Source: a virus (lineage: Duplodnaviria; Caudoviricetes). From it: 64,000 nucleotides of DNA. Position numbers and translations under genes: made by a program. Position 1 is the stretch's first letter; every line of letters starts with the position of its first letter. The stretch lies in IMG/VR virus record IMGVR_UViG_3300028797_002668, positions 71,186 through 135,185 of that record; one strand, given 5' to 3'. A model generated the notes under the pieces. That model was not told the origin of the DNA and searched no databases. It was given only the letters and a program-made list of their open reading frames with translations. This document shows positions 46,528 through 53,930 of this stretch, in pieces.

Positions 46528-48639
46528 ATGCTTCAGAACCTTCGTAGATTTGGTGTACCTGAATATGTAGTTCCGCAACATATTGCGGACTATGCCGGTC
46601 GTCCCGTTGATGCTTTGATTAATAGCGGGTTTTTCGAGGGTATTCCTTACAAGCTTACTGCTAACCGAATCAAGCATTACCATTACAAGACTTGCTTGCA
46701 GATGCTACGTGTCTACCAGATAGACCCGCCGTGTAAGACCCATCCATATGCTAAATGGAGACCGTCTGAAATAATAGCCGACTTGGACGTTACCGCGTTT
46801 GCATACCTAAATCTTATAAAAAAGGGTAAACTTGTCGAGGAAGGTCCGGATGAACGTGGAAAGTTCATATATTACAAAGATTACGAAAGGTTCTTAAAAA
46901 ATTATGTTCCGTACAAGATGTTGCAGTGGCTTCCACCAAAAATGAAGATGCGCGATGCCGCTGAATTTATAGGAATAAGTCCCGGTCGTCTGAAAGGTGA
47001 AGTAAGACGTGGAAAAGCAGAAGCGGTTTGGTGGATTCGTAGTACCGACGGCAAGCGACGTTATAAATGGATGACGCGTGACCAGATTATCCAGTATGTG
47101 ACAAGTCAAGTTGACGGCGCCACACATAAATCTAAGAAACTTATACGAAACACGCCGCTTGCTGATCGTCTTTCGATTCCTTTGACTGCAATGTACTTGA
47201 AGACGACTGAGACAAAGGTAAAATATCTTATTCACCGTGGATACCTTGAACCAGAAAAGACATCGGACGCGAGAAGCCCGTGGCGAAAGTATGATGTGTT
47301 CGGTAAGACCTATCTAGACGAAAAATATGACTATTACTGCCGTGGCAAGTTCTATAACGAGGGAAAGTCTTATTACAATCGAGCTGCTATTAGGAATAAA
47401 TTCGGTAAGACAAATTTTTGGATTAGTACATATATAGTGGGAAAGTGTCATGAAATGCTTACAAATGATGGTAAGCCAATGACGGTTGAGGAACGTACTG
47501 CTGAAAATTTGAAGCTAAATCGACTTCCGACTACGAGTCTTGGTTGGGTTCAATCTGAAGTAGATGAAATTGTCAAATCTGGTGTCGAGATCGATCCCAC
47601 TGTAGAATTGTCCGAATACCGTAAACGCCATATAGATGCTCTAGACAAGACGAACTATAATGAGCTTCGTAGCAAGCTGAAAGCGTATCGCGAAAAGAAG
47701 TTTGCTAAGATTACCATAAAACCAATAGCGGATGAAGTCGAACTTGCGTTAAAAGCTGCGTTCGAGGAAAAGGAATACCGACGTGATGCGCATCGTCGAG
47801 AGATGTGGGAAAAGGCAGCGCAAGAAATTGCCGAACGGAACCAAATTAGGGAAGTGCTCGGCATAAAACTACAGCAAGATGTTCCAATGAACCCGAAGAC
47901 AATACTCCGTTTCAGCAACGAACCGGAGAAGGTGACTATTGTCTATAGCCGTACTGGATGGGACATTTATTCCAAGCATTCACTCGAACCCACCGACTGC
48001 ACGTTCAAGGCGAAAGACACGAATATGGTCATATGTCGGATTAAGCCGAAGGTGTTTTCCGTATTCGCTAACATAGCTCGCGTTGCCAATTCCATAATCC
48101 GACTTGAACCAAAAACAGTGCCGTCATGGATTATATTAGTACCGTCCAGCACGATTATTTCCGACCCGTCTTTCTACATGAAACTAGACGAGGTACCTCC
48201 AGAATACGGCGCAGTCGGACCTTACGGTTATGAATATACACTTCCGGACGGAAGTTGGGTAAAGTGTCCAGCGACTTACGGAATGTACAGCGAGTATTCT
48301 ATGGAAAATTCACTGCGTTGCAAACGGGTGGCCGGAACTAGAAGTTCTATAGGAAATCACGAGGTCGCGGTTCTTGATGGTCCTTTCGTAGCTGTACGAG
48401 GTGGCTATCTAAAGATGATTGCTGAGTTCAAAAAGTTCCATGTTCTTGGTGACGGTCGCTCGTATGTTCCTTATGCGGTTTCGATGATTATGAAACGACT
48501 TGGTGTCAAGATGTTGCAGATTGAGGTAGATTCGCTAGGATGTAATGACTTTGACCCGGAAAATGTAAGTCTTGAATGGCACCGGGCAGAAAGGATGCTG
48601 ATTAGTTTTGCAAACCCGAATTTGCAATTCAAACTTTAA
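46528..48639 (+). CDS. Fusion of repeated HTH (MerR/excisionase-like) modules and a degenerate GT2-like glycosyltransferase domain
   Basis: DAAEFIGISPGRLK and TAMYLKTTETKVKYLIHRGYL; C-terminal GAVGPYG..EVAVLDGPFVAV..FH. Confidence 0.55.
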   Translation: MLQNLRRFGVPEYVVPQHIADYAGRPVDALINSGFFEGIPYKLTANRIKHYHYKTCLQMLRVYQIDPPCKTHPYAKWRPSEIIADLDVTAFAYLNLIKKGKLVEEGPDERGKFIYYKDYERFLKNYVPYKMLQWLPPKMKMRDAAEFIGISPGRLKGEVRRGKAEAVWWIRSTDGKRRYKWMTRDQIIQYVTSQVDGATHKSKKLIRNTPLADRLSIPLTAMYLKTTETKVKYLIHRGYLEPEKTSDARSPWRKYDVFGKTYLDEKYDYYCRGKFYNEGKSYYNRAAIRNKFGKTNFWISTYIVGKCHEMLTNDGKPMTVEERTAENLKLNRLPTTSLGWVQSEVDEIVKSGVEIDPTVELSEYRKRHIDALDKTNYNELRSKLKAYREKKFAKITIKPIADEVELALKAAFEEKEYRRDAHRREMWEKAAQEIAERNQIREVLGIKLQQDVPMNPKTILRFSNEPEKVTIVYSRTGWDIYSKHSLEPTDCTFKAKDTNMVICRIKPKVFSVFANIARVANSIIRLEPKTVPSWIILVPSSTIISDPSFYMKLDEVPPEYGAVGPYGYEYTLPDGSWVKCPATYGMYSEYSMENSLRCKRVAGTRSSIGNHEVAVLDGPFVAVRGGYLKMIAEFKKFHVLGDGRSYVPYAVSMIMKRLGVKMLQIEVDSLGCNDFDPENVSLEWHRAERMLISFANPNLQFKL

Positions 48640-48650
48640 ACAACTACATT
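48622..48650 (+). promoter_or_regulatory. Sigma70-type promoter TTGCAA-17bp-TACATT with the TTCAAA element
   Basis: Upstream of the clamp ATG 48674. Confidence 0.75.
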
Positions 48651-48673
48651 ATGGTATTGAAAAGGATTTTTAT

Positions 48674-49546
48674 ATGGCCACAGATGAACTCAAGTCTATC
48701 GAAATAACTTACAGTGAGCAGTACGCAAACTTGCTCAAGACGGTTACAAATGTTACTAAGGCAAACTGCACTATTTTGCAGCACAGAGACGATAAGTATC
48801 GAATAACCATCCCGAACCAAGCATTGTTGACCCATATTGCTGCTGGTCCGAAGGATATGTGCTTTGATACAGACCGAATCAATGTGTTCTCTCTGACGGA
48901 ATTTATGAAGTATTCCGATGCGGTCAATTACCCGAAGCGCGGTAGTGTTTCGCTTGCACAAGAGATTTCCGTCACCGGAAAACGGTATGAGTACATCAAG
49001 TTTTCTTCACCGGGGATTACGTGCCGTACCCCTACAGCCGACCCAAGCTGCTTCAAGAAGACTGACGAAAAGATTCCACAGCCTCGCGATAAGCAGAATA
49101 TGGTTCGCGTAGTCGAAGTATGTTTCACCGAGGATGCGTTGAAGGATTTCGATAAGAAGTTAAAGCTAGTCCCCACATGCAAGTTCGTGACATTGTTCAT
49201 CGACGAAGGCGGTGTCAAGCTTTACATTAAAGGTAAGCTTGCTCAGCAGATTACCTATTGTGTAGACGGTACATGCACCCGTCATCTAGACGAACATTTG
49301 GTACGAAAAGTGTTTAGACCGGGTCGTGTCGCTATGTTCCCGGCCGCCTATTTTAGTATGCTGAAGGGGTTTGGGGGTAACTTCGATATCGACATAATGC
49401 ATAGCCAAAAGGCCGACGGTACCGAACAGATGGCATTGAAAGGCTATAGTTTTGTTCCCGGTGTTGACGCTGATGAGCCAATTTTACTATATTCTGCGGC
49501 AGCGGAATGCTCTGCCGCTGCAAACGGTTTTGATTTGATAATGTAA
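48674..49546 (+). CDS. 45: Sliding clamp, T4 gp45 homologue
   Basis: SEQYANLLK.V, INVFSLTEFM and TADPSCF..KIPQP match gp45 segments (AIYDLNGFL, AADPSTV..PIPFP). Confidence 0.8.
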   Translation: MATDELKSIEITYSEQYANLLKTVTNVTKANCTILQHRDDKYRITIPNQALLTHIAAGPKDMCFDTDRINVFSLTEFMKYSDAVNYPKRGSVSLAQEISVTGKRYEYIKFSSPGITCRTPTADPSCFKKTDEKIPQPRDKQNMVRVVEVCFTEDALKDFDKKLKLVPTCKFVTLFIDEGGVKLYIKGKLAQQITYCVDGTCTRHLDEHLVRKVFRPGRVAMFPAAYFSMLKGFGGNFDIDIMHSQKADGTEQMALKGYSFVPGVDADEPILLYSAAAECSAAANGFDLIM

Positions 49547-49574
49547 TTTTTCAAATAAGTGGTCTCATTTTTAT

Positions 49575-49602
49575 AAGCCAGCCTTTTAGGCTGGCTTTCT
49601 TT
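49575..49602 (+). terminator. Intrinsic terminator
   Basis: AAGCCAGCCT-TTT-AGGCTGGCTT-TCTTT. Confidence 0.8.
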
Positions 49603-49611
49603 GTCGAAACG

Positions 49612-49619
49612 TATAAACT
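49612..49619 (+). promoter_or_regulatory. Putative late promoter TATAAACT
   Basis: 29 bp upstream of ATG 49648. Confidence 0.7.
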
Positions 49620-49647
49620 TTGGTTAAACGCATGCGAGATTTTTGCT

Positions 49648-51219
49648 ATGGAAGTAAAATTTAATAAGGATGCCCTGATTAAGGCGATGAAGGAAATGAG
49701 CTACGTGTCTAACCAGAGCGGACCGGTTGAACCTTCGAAGGCAAAGGTCATCAAGATGCTCACCGATAAGATCTTGAAGCCGGTTTCTAAGCCACAAGAC
49801 GGTGACGACTGGGACAAGCGAGAGTACAAGATGAACGGAGACCTTTCATATGGAAAGAACCTCATTACGACCAAGACGTTGTATAAGAAGGTTGTTACGG
49901 AGGCCGTATCCAATACCGAATACCGTGGTTGCCGCTTGAATCTGCAGTCAATCGACATGAAGGAAACTCACTGTAAGTTCCTTATCGACCGTCATGGACA
50001 CGAGGTTTTGGTTGAAATGTATTTTCCGAACAAGAACAAGAATATTACCGTAAAGCTGGAAAGCGATAACAATCTGTCCAATCTTTACGAAGTGTCGCTC
50101 GATTCTGAACAGTTCCAGAACAACTTCGGTTATACTATCCTAAAGACATGTGACGAACTGCTTGAAAGCAATTCTAAGTATGATCTTGGTTCCGACCTTG
50201 ACACTATGCAGTATACAAACGGCATGGGTACTGATGTTATCGATGTGAACGATTCTATGTTGCAACAGAGTAACCTATTGCGTGAGTCGGTGGACAGTGG
50301 TCTTGCCAAGCTACGTAACTTATGTGAAGCGGTCAACTTAATGGAAGCTGAAGTCGAAGATGGACAAGACCCGAATGCGGCTAAGTTCAATATAGGTGGC
50401 GGCGATGCCACTCCGGCAGATCCGCCAGCTATGACTGGTGACCAAATGGCTCAGATTGGTGCTGGTGACGTAAATGGTGACGGCAGCGAACAGAACGAGG
50501 ACGTTATGTTCGAGGATTGGCTTGAAGACGAAGGTCTTGATTCTACTGAAACGGTGGACGCTAGCGGAGACTCCCCCAACGGCGGTTCATCCGAGCTTGA
50601 CCGATTGGCGCAGATAGTGTCAAAGCAGATGGCGGCTAGAGGTGAAACCGATGACAAGAATCGTGTTGCGCTGACCGGAGACGACTTCTATACTGGCTTC
50701 AGCGGTATGAAGCAGAAGGGTGCAAAGGAAATATGGAACTTATTCCTCAACTTTAACGACAAGCTTACGCAGAAGCCGGTCAAGAGGGAACATATCAAGG
50801 AGTTCAAGGCATTCTTGCAGAACCCTGGAATGGACGAGCTGTCTCTAGAAAAAGTTGAACGCAAGCTTCACGAAATATTCCCCGAAGCTTACGGAGAAGA
50901 AGGCGAGTCTAAGCTGAGTACGGACAATGTCGACTTGTTAGGTAGCCAAGATGGTACGAATGAACCGAGCATCGGTAACGAAGACGCGGCGGTCGGTGAT
51001 ATGCTTGCCGGAAGTGGCGATTTTGGTGGCGGATTCATGAACGACGGTTCGACGGCTGCCATGATGGACCAAGTCAACCCGAATGCATTCGGAGCTGGCG
51101 AAAATGATAGCTTTATGGACGAACTGAACTCACCGGATGACCAGTCCGGAGATATCAAGTTTGGCGGAACGGCTGTGTCAGACGAAGAAAATATTGCGAA
51201 CTCGCTGACCGGAATCTAA
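49648..51219 (+). CDS. Acidic putative prohead core/internal protein (523 aa)
   Basis: Late motif upstream; LLES, LRES, LCEA, LMEA cluster; D/G-rich tail. Confidence 0.6.
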   Translation: MEVKFNKDALIKAMKEMSYVSNQSGPVEPSKAKVIKMLTDKILKPVSKPQDGDDWDKREYKMNGDLSYGKNLITTKTLYKKVVTEAVSNTEYRGCRLNLQSIDMKETHCKFLIDRHGHEVLVEMYFPNKNKNITVKLESDNNLSNLYEVSLDSEQFQNNFGYTILKTCDELLESNSKYDLGSDLDTMQYTNGMGTDVIDVNDSMLQQSNLLRESVDSGLAKLRNLCEAVNLMEAEVEDGQDPNAAKFNIGGGDATPADPPAMTGDQMAQIGAGDVNGDGSEQNEDVMFEDWLEDEGLDSTETVDASGDSPNGGSSELDRLAQIVSKQMAARGETDDKNRVALTGDDFYTGFSGMKQKGAKEIWNLFLNFNDKLTQKPVKREHIKEFKAFLQNPGMDELSLEKVERKLHEIFPEAYGEEGESKLSTDNVDLLGSQDGTNEPSIGNEDAAVGDMLAGSGDFGGGFMNDGSTAAMMDQVNPNAFGAGENDSFMDELNSPDDQSGDIKFGGTAVSDEENIANSLTGI

Positions 51220-51244
51220 AAAAAAAATAATTCTCGATAACCGC

Positions 51245-51297
51245 AATCCTTGCGATTGAACTAATTTAAGGTTAGTAAACAATCGCAAGGATTTTTT
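51245..51297 (+). promoter_or_regulatory. 14-bp hairpin that may act as a terminator and hide the next RBS, with TTGAACTAATTTA at the arm/loop
   Basis: AATCCTTGCGATTG (51245-51258) pairs with CAATCGCAAGGATT (51280-51293); then TTTT-ATG. Confidence 0.75.
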
Positions 51298-52509
51298 ATG
51301 TCCATAACAAGCAAAACTCTAAGTGATATGATGCTCGACAGTCAAGAACAAGAAGAGACTAAGGCCATCAACGTTGATATAAACAATGGCGATGAAACCG
51401 AAATTATGATGTTTCTTACCAACGGTCGTCTCGGTCAAGGACTTGCCTTGATTGAATCAGCAACCGAAGATAAGGACGAAATTGCTCGTGTTCGAACTGC
51501 GGTTGATACAGAGGGAAAAATTTGGCTCGAAATAGAGACTTATTCTGGTGTTAACATTATGGCCGACGCACTTCCTTTGTCTAACCGGTTTACCGAAACC
51601 GTTTACATCAAAGTATTTGACCTTGCCCGCGCCGTAAAAGAACTTGCTAAGGAACAGACGGTAGCACTTTGGGTGTCCGAAGGTAAACTTTATTTAGGTG
51701 GTTACTATAACGATGACATCGGTGGATTTGAACTTGAAGTCGGTTTTGAATCATGCGAACCGTTTTCTACGTTACATGAGACGGAGTTTGATACGGTGCT
51801 TGAAATTGACCAGATGACGTTCAATACGGTTCTCGATTCTATCTACGAATTTGATTGCGTCGAAATCTACCGAATGAACAATACGGTATCGTATCGCACT
51901 GGTAACGATAAGTGTACTATTGCTACTGTTATGCAAAATCAGACTCCAAGTACAGATAAGCTTAAAAATTTGAGCATTCGTATACCAGCACGTATTTTCA
52001 AGACACTTCCTCTTGTCAACGCAATGGACGATGAACTTGGTCTCTATGTAAAACTGAAGTTTAACATGCAGTTCCTAGTATTGAAAGTTGAAGGTCAGTA
52101 TGCAAGCTTAGTATGTGATTTTTCCGAAGGTTCTTTGAAGACATTCAACAACGATGGTATGGAACGTCAGTTTACCATTATGTCGGACGCCATTGCTGCG
52201 GCAATTGGTACTTATTTTAATATCCACAGCACTGATCCGACCGGTCTTGTGAAACTGTACACGGTCAATGATGGCTTGTTAGGTATCGAAACTGTTAAGA
52301 CTGACCGTATGGATGTGAACTTGACGGTTGGTAACGTGACAATCGACAACCCGGAAATGAACATCGAAGTTCCTATGGATGTTCTTACTATGATGATTCG
52401 TAAGTCTGGTTGCCCCAAGCTCGACCTCCTTTATAACAAGGAAGCAAACCGCTTGATGATGGTTTACGGAAATGGCCTATTTCTCCGAAAGTGCTGCTAC
52501 CAAGCATAG
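51298..52509 (+). CDS. Divergent DnaN/beta-clamp-like protein (403 aa)
   Basis: Repeated clamp-like units: YIKVFDLARAVKEL, EIDQMTFNTVLDSI, RIPARIFKTL, TIMSDAIAAAI, EVPMDVLTMMIR. Confidence 0.5.
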   Translation: MSITSKTLSDMMLDSQEQEETKAINVDINNGDETEIMMFLTNGRLGQGLALIESATEDKDEIARVRTAVDTEGKIWLEIETYSGVNIMADALPLSNRFTETVYIKVFDLARAVKELAKEQTVALWVSEGKLYLGGYYNDDIGGFELEVGFESCEPFSTLHETEFDTVLEIDQMTFNTVLDSIYEFDCVEIYRMNNTVSYRTGNDKCTIATVMQNQTPSTDKLKNLSIRIPARIFKTLPLVNAMDDELGLYVKLKFNMQFLVLKVEGQYASLVCDFSEGSLKTFNNDGMERQFTIMSDAIAAAIGTYFNIHSTDPTGLVKLYTVNDGLLGIETVKTDRMDVNLTVGNVTIDNPEMNIEVPMDVLTMMIRKSGCPKLDLLYNKEANRLMMVYGNGLFLRKCCYQA

Positions 52510-52510
52510 C

Positions 52511-52543
52511 AAAAGACCGAGCGTTTCGCTCGGCCTTTTCTTT
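52511..52543. terminator. Bidirectional intrinsic terminator
   Basis: AAAAGACCGAGCG-TTT-CGCTCGGCCTTTT between convergent genes. Confidence 0.8.
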
Positions 52544-53121
52544 TAGAATTCAAATCCTTCAATTTTTTCTGGTTCGGTTGGTTCGCTAGGTGGCTCTGAA
52601 TCGTTCGGCATTTCGACTTCGTTGTCTTCACCTTTGGCGATTTCACCCAGTTCATCCATTCCTAGGGGAGCAAGGTCGGATTCGGTTTCGGTTGGATTTT
52701 CTGCATTAATCTTATTAATGTCGTCTTGTACTTGTTGGTATAGCGGTTGCTCTTCGGGGGTAAACAAGTTGAAATCGGGATTATCGAATTCCTGGTTCAT
52801 TGGGTCTTGTGCAACCAAGTCATCATAGGTAATTTCATCCGATTCGCCTTTATGTTCGCCGTTCTGATAAATATCTAGTAGCTGGTCAAAACTCATGTCC
52901 TTAATTTTCGAATTGATGTCCTCGTCGTCATTCATACTTGGAGGGTCTTGCATAACCTTGTCATTGGCTATACGCTCTTGCTCGTCAAGTTCGACCTTGA
53001 CTTCATTCGGACCCTTTCCGGATTCCTTCTCAAGTGTCTTCAGATATTGCGGCTGGTCGTCATCCATCACCGACTTCTTTGGGACATTGATAGTATTGTC
53101 GTAAATTCCGTTAAATAGCAT
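52543..53121 (-). CDS. Very acidic hypothetical late protein (192 aa)
   Basis: GAGG RBS; GATAAACT at 53146-53153. Confidence 0.6.
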   Translation of the reverse strand: MLFNGIYDNTINVPKKSVMDDDQPQYLKTLEKESGKGPNEVKVELDEQERIANDKVMQDPPSMNDDEDINSKIKDMSFDQLLDIYQNGEHKGESDEITYDDLVAQDPMNQEFDNPDFNLFTPEEQPLYQQVQDDINKINAENPTETESDLAPLGMDELGEIAKGEDNEVEMPNDSEPPSEPTEPEKIEGFEF

Positions 53122-53145
53122 TATTTGACCTCGCCGTATGCTTGT

Positions 53146-53185
53146 AGTTTATCAAGCGAACGAAAAAATGACCAAGGTATAAACT
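53146..53185. promoter_or_regulatory. Divergent pair of late motifs: GATAAACT (minus, 53146-53153) and TATAAACT (plus, 53178-53185)
   Basis: Each lies 25-35 bp from its start codon. Confidence 0.65.
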
Positions 53186-53218
53186 CGTATTTAAACGAAC
53201 ATTATAGTAGGTACCAAT

Positions 53219-53821
53219 ATGTTCCACGTAACTGACGAAGATAAATTCCTGGGTCTAATCGACACGGTCGCAGCTGAACCGATCGATGATGAACCATACA
53301 GCATCGTCAAAGACCCTAAACCAGTAGTGGAGACCGTCTGCACGTTCGATGGCGTCCAGATTGATCTCGAAAGCTGGTCTAAGAGCGATGGCGTTGCAAC
53401 AGACTCAAACAAGGTCGGCAAGGCCAAAACGGCTCCAGATCCGAAACTGACAAAGGCTGCACCTAAGACTTCTTCCGAAAAGAAGGATGATGGCAAGCTT
53501 GTGGAAAAGGACGAGGTCGACGACAAGAAAAAGAAAGACCAGATTGTTGAAGTCAACGCTGAAGCTGAAGTGAAAGCCGAAAAGGCTCCTGAAGCTGGTA
53601 AGGGTGGTGAATTCGACAAGGCTGCCAAGTCTGCCGCTACGTCTCAAGAAAGCGAAGCCAAGTCCAACAAGAAGTTCGCTCCGGGTTGCGATATCCAGAA
53701 GCGAATCGACATGTTCAAGAAGGGTGTAGCTAAGCTCGGTGTCGATGAAAAGACTAAGGCGGATACTACCAAGATCTTGAAGGAATTTGACCAGATTTCT
53801 TCGTATCTAACTGGTAAGTAA
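53219..53821 (+). CDS. Lys/Glu-rich hypothetical late protein (200 aa)
   Basis: Late motif upstream; DLES motif. Confidence 0.6.
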   Translation: MFHVTDEDKFLGLIDTVAAEPIDDEPYSIVKDPKPVVETVCTFDGVQIDLESWSKSDGVATDSNKVGKAKTAPDPKLTKAAPKTSSEKKDDGKLVEKDEVDDKKKKDQIVEVNAEAEVKAEKAPEAGKGGEFDKAAKSAATSQESEAKSNKKFAPGCDIQKRIDMFKKGVAKLGVDEKTKADTTKILKEFDQISSYLTGK

Positions 53822-53835
53822 TATCCATAAAAATT

Positions 53836-53866
53836 GGCAAAACCGTCAGAAATGGCGGTTTTTGTC
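53836..53866 (+). terminator. Intrinsic terminator
   Basis: AAAACCGTCA-GAAA-TGGCGGTTTTT. Confidence 0.75.
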
Positions 53867-53881
53867 GTCTTGTGACATAAT

Positions 53882-53910
53882 TTGCAATTCAAACTCCTTA
53901 TTGCTAACTT
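53882..53910 (+). promoter_or_regulatory. Sigma70-type promoter TTGCAA-17bp-TAACTT with the TTCAAA element
   Basis: Upstream of the polymerase ATG 53931. Confidence 0.75.
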
Positions 53911-53930
53911 CAACCCATTAAGAATCCCTT

